A stretch of DNA of 64,000 nucleotides from an uncultured Phycisphaeraceae bacterium (GCA_964639935.1 CAZXGT010000001.1:6635-70634); one strand, 5' to 3'. Counted from the stretch's first letter, positions 18,769-28,269 are shown. A program made the numbers and translations. Notes: a model not told the origin generated them from the letters alone.

Positions 18769-19245
18769 GTGCGTCTGGTCATCCAGCGCTGCGCTCGCGC
18801 GAGCGTCGTCGCCTCCGCCGATCGACTCGGCGACCCGATCGATCACGCCGAGTCCATCGGCCCCGGCCTCGCCGTGCTCGCCTGCGCTGAAGAGGGCGAC
18901 GACGACGCCGTCTTCGACTGGGCCGCCAGGAAGCTCGCCCAGATGCGCATCTTCGAGGACGACGCCGGCAAGATGAACCGCTCGGTGAGCGACGTCGGCG
19001 GGAGCGTGCTCGTGGTGAGCCAGTTCACGCTCGCGGGCGACGCGAGCAGAGGCAACCGACCGAGCTTCACGCGCGCCGCGCGCCCCGATGTCGCCGAGCC
19101 GCTCATCGAGCGACTCGCCTCGGCGCTCGAGCGGGATCACGGCCTCCCGGTCGCGAGGGGCGTCTTCGGCGGGTCGATGCGGGTGGAGCTCGTCAACGAC
19201 GGCCCGGTGACGATCATCCTTGAACGCCGCCCCGAGCGGCACTGA
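18769..19245 (+). CDS. dtd: D-aminoacyl-tRNA deacylase
   Basis: GTG start in frame with ORF 18604..19245. VRLVIQRCARASV...GPGLAVLAC...MRIFEDDAGKMNRSV...VLVVSQFTLAGD..RGNRPSF...GVFGGSMRVELVNDGPVTI. Confidence 0.9.
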   Translation: MRLVIQRCARASVVASADRLGDPIDHAESIGPGLAVLACAEEGDDDAVFDWAARKLAQMRIFEDDAGKMNRSVSDVGGSVLVVSQFTLAGDASRGNRPSFTRAARPDVAEPLIERLASALERDHGLPVARGVFGGSMRVELVNDGPVTIILERRPERH

Positions 19246-19261
19246 GGTCGACGCGGCGCGC

Positions 19262-19301
19262 GAAAACGCGGCGTGGTCGCTGGGCAGAGCGCACGCCGCG
19301 T
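19262..19301 (-). terminator. Hairpin terminator candidate downstream of the PEP-CTERM gene
   Basis: 10-bp stem ACGCGGCGTG / CACGCCGCGT (19266..19275 and 19292..19301) with a 16-nt loop. It is followed by TTTTCG on the minus strand. Confidence 0.4.
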
Positions 19302-19328
19302 GGTAATGATGCTCTCGGTCGATGTCGC

Positions 19329-20060
19329 TTAGCGTCGCCGACGCGCGGCCGCGAGGCCGGCGAGGCCGAAGAGCGCCGCCGATCCCGGAGACGGGATCAC
19401 GTCGAAGGCGTTGTCGATGGTCAGAACCTGACGCGTGCCGTCGGCGAGCACCGCGCTGAGCTCCCCGCCCAGGAACGCGGTGGTGATGTCCTCGCCGGGC
19501 GAGAGCTCAACGGAGAAGCGTCCGACGAAGATCTCGCTGTTCTCATCAGCGGGGACCGTCGATCCCACGCCCGCCCCCGGGTTCGGCGCCCAGACCCCGC
19601 GCAGACGCGTCCCGCCGGCGACGCCGAAGTCCACCGCGGAAGCGACGAGGATCTCAGAGTCTTCGAACGGCCCGAGCCCGACGTACGAGTCGAACTCGAG
19701 CGCCGGCGCGAAATCGATCTCGCTCTGGCTCGGCGGAAGGTTGTTCGCGCCGAGGAAGTCGACCTGATAGAACGTGCCGCCCGAGACGCTGATCCCGTCG
19801 TTCTGGATCACCGACGCGAGATCGTTCGAATCGATGGCGGACACCGGAACGCCGCCATCGTCCTGCAGAAACAGGTCGAAGGTGTACACGTTGGTCAGCC
19901 CGGTGGGCTGCCCCGCGAGCGAACCGAAGTTGTACGTTGAGTTGTCGATGACCTCCCAGCGGTGGCCGGTGACGGCGGCGCTGGAGATCGTCGCGCAAGC
20001 GAGCAACGCGACGACGCTGATTGAGGGCGCAGCGCGCCCGATGCATGCGATGCTGTTCAT
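19329..20060 (-). CDS. Secreted PEP-CTERM-type sorting domain protein
   Basis: Signal peptide MNSIACIGRAAPSISVVALLACATISSAAV. C-terminus VIPSPGSAALFGLAGLAAARRRR has a P-x-P motif, a TM helix and an Arg cluster. Confidence 0.8.
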   Translation of the reverse strand: MNSIACIGRAAPSISVVALLACATISSAAVTGHRWEVIDNSTYNFGSLAGQPTGLTNVYTFDLFLQDDGGVPVSAIDSNDLASVIQNDGISVSGGTFYQVDFLGANNLPPSQSEIDFAPALEFDSYVGLGPFEDSEILVASAVDFGVAGGTRLRGVWAPNPGAGVGSTVPADENSEIFVGRFSVELSPGEDITTAFLGGELSAVLADGTRQVLTIDNAFDVIPSPGSAALFGLAGLAAARRRR

Positions 20061-20672
20061 CTCTCTGACTCCTCCGGCCGGCGTGACTGCCCCACGCGCA
20101 CGGACGCGATAAACAAACGCGACGGCCTGTGTATTTTCTCTCGGATGTGAATCGGCGCTCCCTGGCAAGGACGCCTTCACTGGCAATGTAGAGGAACACG
20201 CTCCTGGATCAATACCCTACCCAAAGAATTTTTCGACGCGCAAAGCAATGAGTGCCTTCAACTTGCCAAAACGCCGGTCACGCGCGACGCCGGTTCCGCG
20301 TCGGGAAGAAAGGCGGGGGGCGCCGGTTGCGCGGATCGTGCGGGCGGAACCGATCGGGGGCCATCAAGCCGAAACGGCCGAATGGGCTTGCGACGAGGTC
20401 GAACCAGCCGAGCACGAGGTCTCAAGGGCGACAGTCGCGAGCGTCGACGCCGGTCGTTCCGGAGGGCGGGAAGTGGTTGAGGCCAAACGCCTCGGCGTCC
20501 GCCCGGGAGACTCTCGTCTCCATCTGGCGGCCGAAGAGAGGGCGATCGCTCCAGCGGGAGAGATCGGGCCCTCAGCCGAAGGGGCTCACGATGATCGTGG
20601 ACCCGTTGACATCAGAGACTGTGCGTGATGCTTGGTGAGGCCGCCGGGGTTGCGGAGTATTTCCCGGTCTGG

Positions 20673-20709
20673 AAAAAAACGGCAGGGCGGGCTTTCGCCC
20701 GCGCTGCCG
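20673..20709 (-). terminator. Rho-independent terminator of the dockerin-tailed protein gene
   Basis: 13-nt arms CGGCAGGGCGGGC / GCCCGCGCTGCCG with one central mismatch and loop TTTC. It is followed by T7 on the minus strand (A7 at 20673..20679 on plus), 47 nt past the stop at 20756. Confidence 0.7.
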
Positions 20710-20755
20710 CGATGTATGGGTTCAGCTCAGGATGAGCTGATGAATCGCAGCGCGA

Positions 20756-21892
20756 TTACGGAGCGGTCCAGCCCCAGTTGTTCAGGAGCAGGGACAGGTC
20801 GACCACGTCGACGCCGCCGTCGAGGTTGAGGTCGCCGTTGGACAGGAGGACCATGGTGTCGTTCTCGCCGCCCGGGGTCTCGCCGTTGCCGCCGTCGTCC
20901 GGAACGTGCTTGTTCCACTCGACCTTCACGGTGTAGCAGGTGCCGCAGCCGTGGACCGGGGGAAGCTCGACCGGGGGCGTCCCGATGTTGCGGTCGCTCT
21001 CGTAGCCCTCGACGTCGTCGAGGAGGCCGTCGAAGTTCTCATCGCCGGCGCCGGAGACCGAGAAGCGGACGCGGCCGTTGGCGTCGGAGATGACGGCCAG
21101 GGAGGCCGCCGGGGCGCCCGTGGCGACCGGGAAGACCTGCTCGCCGTTCTTGTTCCACCAGCCGAGGATCGCGCAGTTGGGGGTGCAATCCTTCTGGACG
21201 CCGCCGATCACGGTGATGGCGTAATCGCAGGCGGCCTCGAGGCCCTCGAGCTGGTAGAAGTCGACGTCGTTGTAGATGTCGAAGGTCTCGGTGGTGTTGT
21301 CGATCTCGACATCGACCGTCGCCGTGCCCTCGGGAACGACGTAGTTGATGCGGAACGCCTCGGCGCCCGTCACGAAGGTGCAGAGGTAGATGTCGGTGTC
21401 GATGACCGACCCGCCCTCGTCGTAGTAGGTCACGCAGACCTCGGCCTCGCCGAACTGGCTGTGGGGGGCGTTGAAGAACAGGCCGTTGAACATGTTGTCA
21501 ACGCCATCGGCACGGCCGGTCACGCCGAGGCGGACCGTGGCGCCGTCGTCGTCGCCGTTGGCGATCGGGGCGACCCCGAAGCAGGCCGAGGCCTTGCCGT
21601 TGCCCTTGGTGGACGAGTTGTCGTCTTCGCAGACGACGTTGTCCTGCTTGTCGAACATGAACAGGTAGGTGTCGGGGTAGCGGCCCGGGAACTCGTTGGC
21701 GTTGAGCTTGCCGGACAGGTAGAAGCAGAACGGATCGTTGACGTCGACGATCTCACGGGTCTCGAACGTGTCGTTCTCGTCGATGTACGAGGGGGCGCCC
21801 TCGTAAGCGACATCGTAAATCGGCGCGTCGATCGCGAGCGCCATGGAGCTGGCGAACGCAACGCCAGCCGCAGCAGTCAGTGCCTTCAGCAT
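20756..21892 (-). CDS. Secreted protein with a PPC-like domain and a C-terminal dockerin-like module
   Basis: Signal peptide MLKALTAAAGVAFASSMALA. The DVDFYQLEGLEAACDYAITV motif resembles a pre-peptidase C-terminal domain. The C-terminus is GDLNLDGGVDVVDLSLLLNNWG. Confidence 0.75.
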   Translation of the reverse strand: MLKALTAAAGVAFASSMALAIDAPIYDVAYEGAPSYIDENDTFETREIVDVNDPFCFYLSGKLNANEFPGRYPDTYLFMFDKQDNVVCEDDNSSTKGNGKASACFGVAPIANGDDDGATVRLGVTGRADGVDNMFNGLFFNAPHSQFGEAEVCVTYYDEGGSVIDTDIYLCTFVTGAEAFRINYVVPEGTATVDVEIDNTTETFDIYNDVDFYQLEGLEAACDYAITVIGGVQKDCTPNCAILGWWNKNGEQVFPVATGAPAASLAVISDANGRVRFSVSGAGDENFDGLLDDVEGYESDRNIGTPPVELPPVHGCGTCYTVKVEWNKHVPDDGGNGETPGGENDTMVLLSNGDLNLDGGVDVVDLSLLLNNWGWTAP

Positions 21893-22176
21893 CGGACTCT
21901 CTCCTTGTCGGAACAGGTTTGTTTGTCGTGAACTCCACGACATGACGGATCTCAGATGCTCAAGAGATACCGAAACGGATCCCGCGAAGCAATGGTCTGG
22001 GCGCAATCCGTTGAGACACAACAGGGTGCGATTGAGGACCCGGCGCTCCGGTTCGCCCCCGATTAGGGGTGGCTGATATCCTTAAAGTGAGAAATATCAG
22101 GAACTTAGGGGTCAATGCCCCATTGGCCGCCGCGGCCGCCTCCAGCCCAGCCCCTAAAGCGAAACAGGGAAAGATT

Positions 22177-23916
22177 TTACGGACTCGATCGAGAATCCAC
22201 CGGTTCGGGGCGGGCCGCTTCCCGCGCCTTGACGACCGGAACCCGCCTCCCGATCCCGAAGGCCTGCGGCGTCACCTTGAATCCGATCGGCATCTGGCGG
22301 CGTTTGTACTCCGCCCGCGCCGTCATCAGCGCGATCCGCTCGACCAGCTCCACCACGGCCCCCGTCCGCGCCGAGACCCTCGCGATCGACTCCCGCCGAT
22401 CGATCAGCCCCTCGAGCACCGCGTCGAGCTCCTCGTAGGGCGGGAGCGTGTCCTGGTCGGTCTGGTCGGGCTTGAGCTCGGCGCTCGGCGCCTTGGCGAG
22501 CACCGTCTCCGGGATCGGGGGCGACGCGAAGCCGGCGCGGTCATGGTTGGCGTTGATCCACCGCGCCAGCCCGTAGACCCGCGTCTTGTAGAGATCCGCG
22601 ATCGGCGCCACCCCGCCGTTCATATCCCCGTAGAGCGTGCAGTACCCGACCGCCATCTCGCTCTTGTTGCCCGTCGCGAGCGGCAGCAGATTCAGCTTGT
22701 TCGAGACCGCCATCACCGTCGCGCCGCGAAGACGCGACTGCACGTTCTCCTCGGCGATTCCCGGCTCGTTCGCGACGCCCGCCTGCTCGCAGAGCGCGTC
22801 GTAGGCAGGCTCGAGCGACGATTCGGCCGCCCGGTGCATCGCTTCGATCGGAACCTCGATCAGGCGCAGGCCTGTCCGCTCCGCCTGATCGCGCGCGTCG
22901 GCGACGGAACCGGAGGAGCTGTGACGGCTCGGCATCGCGATGGCATAGACGTTCTTCGCGCCCAGCGCGGCCGCCGCGATCGCGGCGACAAGCGCGGAGT
23001 CGATCCCGCCCGAGAGCCCGAGCACCGCCGCGCGAAACCCCGTCTTTCGCGCGTAGTCGCGCAGCGCAATAGTCAGCGCGCCCCAGAGCGCCTCGTCGGC
23101 GTCGACCTCAAGCTCCGCGGTCCACCCGGGGTGTTCGCGGGCGCCGGTGTCGATCACGCCGATCTCTTCCCGGAAGCGCTCGCGGCTCAGGCAGCGCGGC
23201 GACGTATCGCCGGGAAAGACGGCGTGGATGGCGCCGTCGAAGATCAGCTCGTCGTTGGCCCCGAGCTGGTTCACCGACAAGACAGGCCGGCCCAGGCGAG
23301 TCGCGGCCTCTAAGAGGATCCGCTGCTGGCGTTCGTCCTTGCCGAGCACGAACGGGCTGGCCGAGGAGGTCACGACCAGATCAACGCGCTCGGCGGCGAG
23401 GGCTTCGATCGGGTCGGTTCGGTCCGAATATCCGCGAGCCCCCGGGACGTCCGCCGCCTTCCAGAGGTCCTCGCAGATCGCGAGCCCCACCCGCCGGCCA
23501 TTGATCTCGACCACCGGCGACCGATCGCCCGGAACGAAGTAGCGCTTCTCGTCGAAAACGTCGTAGGCGGGGAGCAGCTTCTTGTCGTAGCGGTGCTCGA
23601 CCCGTCCGCCAAAGAGCAGCAGGAGGCTGTTGGCGAGGGCCGCCTCGGGCGAGTCATCGACCCGCGCCGGAGCTCCGATGATCGTTGGGATCTCGGGGAG
23701 CCTCGCCGCCAGTTCTCGGACGGCCTCCTCCACCGCGTCGATGAAGTCCGCCCGCAGGAGCAGGTCGCGAGGGGGATAGCCGGTCAGGGCAAGCTCGGGC
23801 AGGACGACCAGCTCGGCGCGCTCGGCGAGGGCGCGCTCGGCCGCGGCGACGATCAGCGCCGAGTTACCGGACAGATCGGCGATGGTCGGGTTGATCGGAG
23901 CCAGAGCGACGCGCAT
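22177..23916 (-). CDS. nadE: Glutamine-dependent NAD+ synthetase
   Basis: N-terminal CN-hydrolase domain (MRVALAPINPTIADLSGN...LPELALTGYPPRDLL...ICEDLW). The synthetase domain has LGLSGGIDSALVAAIAA (SGGxDS PP-loop). Confidence 0.93.
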   Translation of the reverse strand: MRVALAPINPTIADLSGNSALIVAAAERALAERAELVVLPELALTGYPPRDLLLRADFIDAVEEAVRELAARLPEIPTIIGAPARVDDSPEAALANSLLLLFGGRVEHRYDKKLLPAYDVFDEKRYFVPGDRSPVVEINGRRVGLAICEDLWKAADVPGARGYSDRTDPIEALAAERVDLVVTSSASPFVLGKDERQQRILLEAATRLGRPVLSVNQLGANDELIFDGAIHAVFPGDTSPRCLSRERFREEIGVIDTGAREHPGWTAELEVDADEALWGALTIALRDYARKTGFRAAVLGLSGGIDSALVAAIAAAALGAKNVYAIAMPSRHSSSGSVADARDQAERTGLRLIEVPIEAMHRAAESSLEPAYDALCEQAGVANEPGIAEENVQSRLRGATVMAVSNKLNLLPLATGNKSEMAVGYCTLYGDMNGGVAPIADLYKTRVYGLARWINANHDRAGFASPPIPETVLAKAPSAELKPDQTDQDTLPPYEELDAVLEGLIDRRESIARVSARTGAVVELVERIALMTARAEYKRRQMPIGFKVTPQAFGIGRRVPVVKAREAARPEPVDSRSSP

Positions 23917-24076
23917 GGAGCGGCATCGTAGGTGCGGAGGCCGCGGCGGGGGAGGCTTCGGCGCCCGGCGATCCCGGTCTTGGGGGAGGTGGAACCGATC
24001 GCTACCATCCGCGTCGGATCACGGCCGGCGTCTCTCGTCGGCGCGAGCCGCACTCTTCGCCAAGGGGAACCTTTCC

Positions 24077-25003
24077 ATGCCTCGACTCCTGCTCGTTGTC
24101 TTCATCGCCGCGACGTTTCTCTCGCCACACGCGGTACGCGCCGAGGGGGGCGCCGAGATCACCCCCAAGCTCGAGGAGGGGCGGACGCTCGTGTACGAGG
24201 TGGGCTTCGAGCTCGAGCGGGGGCTCGTGCTCGGCGCGGGTCGCGACCGCCTCGTTCAGCAGGCGGGCGTGAGGCTGACGGTCGAGTCCGTCGATGAGGA
24301 CGGCGTCGCAACGGTGACGGGCGAGTTCGACTGGGTCGTGATCGACCTGGACCGAGCGGCCTTCCGGGTGCGCGTGGACTCGCGCGACATCGTGGGCGAC
24401 TCGCCGAACCTTGCGGAGACCACCATCCGCGAGATGGTCGGGATGTATCTCGATTCGACGTTCGCGCTCACCGTCGGGCCCGACGGCGTCGTGCGTGACG
24501 CCACGGGTCTCGAGGCAATCGAGAACAAGCTCGCCGAATCGCGCGGATCCCTCCCGCGGCTCGCCGCCGGTCGGCTGACGCTCGAGACCCTCAAACAGGA
24601 TCTCGAGCCCGTGTGGCGCGCCGACGGCGCCGCCGGCAAAGCGCTCGCTGATGGTGATCGGTGGACGACCTCGCGGAAGAGCCCGCTCGGCGCCGGCGTG
24701 GACCTCGAGCTGACCACGGCGTGGACGGTCGAGGCGGTGACGGACGAAGGCGTGGAGATGGTGGGCGACGTGACGGCCGAGATCTCGCTCCCTGAAATGG
24801 AGCAGGAGATCCCCGTGACCTTCGAGGTGAGCGAGCAGGAGGGGACGTCCTCCGGCGTGTGGGACCGCGAGCTCGGGGTGATGCGGGAGCGCGAGGCTTT
24901 CATGAGCTACACCGTGACGGTGTCGGTGAGGGATGAGGCCCAGTCGAGTCAGCGGTCCGGTCGCTCGACGCTCGAGCTCGTCTCTGTTTCCTCTGGCGAG
25001 TGA
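24077..25003 (+). CDS. Secreted hypothetical protein
   Basis: The internal ATG of ORF 23882..25003 gives MPRLLLVVFIAATFLSPHAVRAEGG, a signal peptide. GC3 is high. Confidence 0.6.
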   Translation: MPRLLLVVFIAATFLSPHAVRAEGGAEITPKLEEGRTLVYEVGFELERGLVLGAGRDRLVQQAGVRLTVESVDEDGVATVTGEFDWVVIDLDRAAFRVRVDSRDIVGDSPNLAETTIREMVGMYLDSTFALTVGPDGVVRDATGLEAIENKLAESRGSLPRLAAGRLTLETLKQDLEPVWRADGAAGKALADGDRWTTSRKSPLGAGVDLELTTAWTVEAVTDEGVEMVGDVTAEISLPEMEQEIPVTFEVSEQEGTSSGVWDRELGVMREREAFMSYTVTVSVRDEAQSSQRSGRSTLELVSVSSGE

Positions 25004-26040
25004 GGTTCGGGCGCGGGCGCGACGGAGGCCAGGAGGCGATCGGGCCGCTCGTAAATCGCGCCGGCCGCGCCGGCGATGAGCGCGCCGAGGATCTCCGCGG
25101 CGGTGACGGTCAGGGCGAGAAGGGCGAACTGCTCGTGGGCGTTGATCGCTGGGAGGAACCCGACGCCGGTGACCGCGCCCTCGCGAGCGCCGAGATTCCC
25201 GGAGGGTGAGAGGATGCCGGTGATGAAATAGACGCTCGCGGCGACGATGGCGGCCCCGGGGGTCAGCTCGATCCCGAGGATCCACCCGGCGATCGTGAAA
25301 CGAAGCGCCATCGAGGCGAGATCGGTCAGGCGCAGCGAGCCGAGGAGCGCGACCTTGCCGGGATCGGTGGCGTAGTCGGCCGAGCCGAGGGTGACCGCGT
25401 GCAGCGCCGGGACGCGGCGAACGCGCCTGGCGACGGCGACCGCCAGCGCGAGCAGGCCCGCGGGCGCGACGACGCCTCCGAGGAACCAGAGCGCGTCGAG
25501 GTCGGCCCTCCAGAGGCTCGCGAGCGTGGCGGGCCCGAGCACGCAGAGCGAGAGCCCCCCGACGGCGGCGAGCCACGCGACGAGCGTCCGATAGCGGAGG
25601 CGATCGCGCCGGCGATGGATGAACACCCGCGAGAGCAGGCTGAGCTTAAAGGGCGCAAACGCCAGGAGCGTGGCGATCCCGGTGACGGCGGTCATATGCA
25701 CCGTGCCGAGGCGGTGGGTGTGGGCCAGGATCGCCTGGAAGATGACGCCGTTGAGGAGAACGCTCGCGAGGACGAGGCCGACGAGCGCGATCGCCAGATG
25801 CGGCGGGGCGTTGCGCAGTCGCACGAGGCTCTCCTGATTCTCGGGCGTCAGGGCCTGGGAGGCGGCCCAAACGAGAAGCCCGAGCGAGAGGAGGGTCCCC
25901 ACGATCTGGAGCGTGATTCGCAGCGTCGAGCGTCGCTTCGGCGGCTCGAGGTCCTCGAGCGCCACGGGCGCGAGCCCGCCGCGCGGGCCGTGGAGGCCCT
26001 CGGGGCGGCGCTGGTCGGGATTTTCGTCGTGCGGCCTCAT
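24949..26040 (-). CDS. Polytopic membrane protein, possibly UPF0104 / LPG-synthase-TM (flippase-like) family
   Basis: About 8 hydrophobic segments follow a charged N-terminus. The family assignment is from overall architecture only. Confidence 0.5.
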   Translation of the reverse strand: MRPHDENPDQRRPEGLHGPRGGLAPVALEDLEPPKRRSTLRITLQIVGTLLSLGLLVWAASQALTPENQESLVRLRNAPPHLAIALVGLVLASVLLNGVIFQAILAHTHRLGTVHMTAVTGIATLLAFAPFKLSLLSRVFIHRRRDRLRYRTLVAWLAAVGGLSLCVLGPATLASLWRADLDALWFLGGVVAPAGLLALAVAVARRVRRVPALHAVTLGSADYATDPGKVALLGSLRLTDLASMALRFTIAGWILGIELTPGAAIVAASVYFITGILSPSGNLGAREGAVTGVGFLPAINAHEQFALLALTVTAAEILGALIAGAAGAIYERPDRLLASVAPAPEPHSPEETETSSSVERPDR

Positions 26041-26171
26041 CGGTCGGGTGGATGCTATCAGCGGCGGTGAAATGCGTTGTTTCTGGTTTGGCGTGCGGGG
26101 TGAAGGCTTTACACTCGCGGGCTGAGTCAGCGAGTCGCAGCCTCCTTCGGGACGCTCTGGAGACGAGAGAC

Positions 26172-28262
26172 ATGCCGAAGTGGATGTCGGCGATCACGCC
26201 GGTGCCGGTTGTGATGTGGCTGGCGGTTCCCGCGGGGATCGCAGGCGGATCGTGCGAGCATGGTCATGGGTCCTGCGCGCCGGCGCCGCTCGTGCGGCCG
26301 GCGGCGGAGTGGCCGGCGCTCTGGTGCTTCGACGCGTCGGATCCGAAGGCGGTGGATGCGGTGTTGTCGGAGCTCTCGGCGCAGCCGCCGACGTGGCGGG
26401 CGCCGCTGCTCCCTCGTCTGGCGGTGGACACGTTCTCGTGGCGCGACGAGGCGCAGATCAGTCTTGGCGGTCGGGCGCAGCGGGCGAGTTTCACCTACTC
26501 GTTCCCGCCGGACGGAATCGTGTGGGGTCTTGAGGAAGTGTCGATCCCGGGCGGTTCGACGGGCGTGAGCGACCTCTCAGCGCGGCTCGAGCTTGTCTTT
26601 GGCGATGCGGAGCTCGGGCGGGAGTACATCCGTCAGTCGATCGCGGCGTGGGCGCGCGACGCGGGCGTGACGTACCGGGAGGTCGCCGACGACGGCTCGC
26701 CCATGACCCAGGCGACGGCTCGCTCGGCGCTTCGGGGCGACATCCGGATCGGTGGGGCTCCGCTCGGGGTCAACGGGGTGCTGGGCTACAACGCGTTCCC
26801 GAGCCCGAACGGCGCGATCGGCACGGGCGGGGGGGACATGCTCATCAACACGTCCTATTTCGGGACGGCGACCTTCAACAACCCGTCCAACGACTACGCG
26901 GGGTTCCGCAACACGGTGACGCACGAGCACGGCCACGGGCTCGGGCTGATCCACGTGGTGCCGTGCACGGGCAGCAAGCTGATGGAGCCGTTCATTTTGA
27001 CGTTCAACACGGGCGTGCAGATCGACGACGCGCGGGCGGTCGCGCGGATGAACGGCGACCGGTACTCCGGGAGCGTCTCGCCCGGCGCGGCGGCGAATCT
27101 TGGGAACCTCACGACGCCGACCCTCCGCTCGGTGCTCGAGCCGCGCCTTTCGACCAACGGGGCCACTGGCTTTGGCAACACCGACGAGGACTACTTCCGC
27201 TTCACCATCGATACGCCGCAGGACGTGAGGATCACGGTCACGCCCACGGGGGGCGTGTACGACAATCAGCGGCAGGGCTTCGGCTGCATCGCCGACGACG
27301 TCGATTCGGTGGACGCGAACCGGGCGGGGAACCTTCGGCTCGAGCTTCGCGACGGGGGCGGGGCGGTGGTGCTCCAGACGGCGCCCGACGCGCCGGCGGG
27401 GCTTCCCGAGACGCTCGATCTGCCCGAGCTGGCGGCGGGGACGTACGTGGTGAAGGTGTGGGACATCGGCCCGAACCCGGCGGTGAACCAGGTCGTGCAG
27501 CTCTATGACCTGGAGGTCCGTGTTGGCGACGCGACGGCGTCGCCGATCGCGGTGGCGGGGCTGGACAAGCGGGTGGCGGCCGATGCGCCGGCGCATTTCA
27601 TCGGCGATCTGCACTCGATGGCGACCGAGGAGGGGGCTCTGCTCGTCGGGTACGACTGGGATCTCGACGGCGACGGGGCGTTCGAGGCGACGGGAGCGCG
27701 GACGCAGACGACCTACGTCTCCAACGGGGAGTTCACGGCGACGCTTCGCGCGACCGACAGCCTGGGCGGGGCGGGCGAGGATTCGATCACGGTGACGGTC
27801 TTTGGGGCGACGACCCGCGTGACGGGGATCGAGCCGGGCGCGGGCGCGGTCGGCTCGAGCGTCCCGGTCGTGATCAGCGGGACGAATCTGCGGAATGTGA
27901 CGAGCGCTTCGGAGGTGAGCGTATCGGGGGCCGGCGTGAGCGTGGTCGGCGCGCCGACGCCCAACGCGATGGGGACGGAGATCTCGGGGCTGAGCCTGGT
28001 GATCGACGGGAGCGCGATCGAGGGGCTTCGGTCGGTGACCGTGGACGCGGGCGATGGGGCGGGCGTCGGCGCGAATCTCTTTGAGGTGACGAGCGGGTCG
28101 GGGACGCCGGGGGATTTCAACGGCGACGGGTCGGTGGACGCGAGCGACCTGGCGTCGCTGATCGCGGCGTGGGGAGCGTGCGGCGGGTGCGCAGAGGATC
28201 TTGATGGGGACGGGTTGGTGGGCGCGAGCGATCTGGCGGCGCTGATCGCGGCGTGGGGTTGA
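26172..28262 (+). CDS. Secreted metzincin-like zinc metalloprotease with PPC, PKD-like and tandem dockerin-like modules
   Basis: HEHGHGLGLIH (HExxHxxGxxH) followed by KLMEP. TDEDYFRFTIDTPQDVRITV is PPC-like. YDWDLDGDGAFE...TATLRATDSLG is PKD-like. The C-terminus is GDFNGDGSVDASDLASLIAAWG...DLDGDGLVGASDLAALIAAWG. Confidence 0.85.
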   Translation: MPKWMSAITPVPVVMWLAVPAGIAGGSCEHGHGSCAPAPLVRPAAEWPALWCFDASDPKAVDAVLSELSAQPPTWRAPLLPRLAVDTFSWRDEAQISLGGRAQRASFTYSFPPDGIVWGLEEVSIPGGSTGVSDLSARLELVFGDAELGREYIRQSIAAWARDAGVTYREVADDGSPMTQATARSALRGDIRIGGAPLGVNGVLGYNAFPSPNGAIGTGGGDMLINTSYFGTATFNNPSNDYAGFRNTVTHEHGHGLGLIHVVPCTGSKLMEPFILTFNTGVQIDDARAVARMNGDRYSGSVSPGAAANLGNLTTPTLRSVLEPRLSTNGATGFGNTDEDYFRFTIDTPQDVRITVTPTGGVYDNQRQGFGCIADDVDSVDANRAGNLRLELRDGGGAVVLQTAPDAPAGLPETLDLPELAAGTYVVKVWDIGPNPAVNQVVQLYDLEVRVGDATASPIAVAGLDKRVAADAPAHFIGDLHSMATEEGALLVGYDWDLDGDGAFEATGARTQTTYVSNGEFTATLRATDSLGGAGEDSITVTVFGATTRVTGIEPGAGAVGSSVPVVISGTNLRNVTSASEVSVSGAGVSVVGAPTPNAMGTEISGLSLVIDGSAIEGLRSVTVDAGDGAGVGANLFEVTSGSGTPGDFNGDGSVDASDLASLIAAWGACGGCAEDLDGDGLVGASDLAALIAAWG

Positions 28263-28269
28263 CGCGGGG

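Noticed and set aside
20248-20638. Two overlapping plus-strand ORFs (126 and 128 aa) in the long spacer
   Set aside because: Codon usage is atypical for this genome, with many GAA, GTT, CGT and GGA codons. I found no motifs and no convincing RBS, and two frames are open at once. I treat the region as non-coding but flag it as a finding.
22069-23313. 414-aa plus-strand ORF
   Set aside because: It is antisense to nadE. The translation is Arg/Pro/Asp-rich with no motif.
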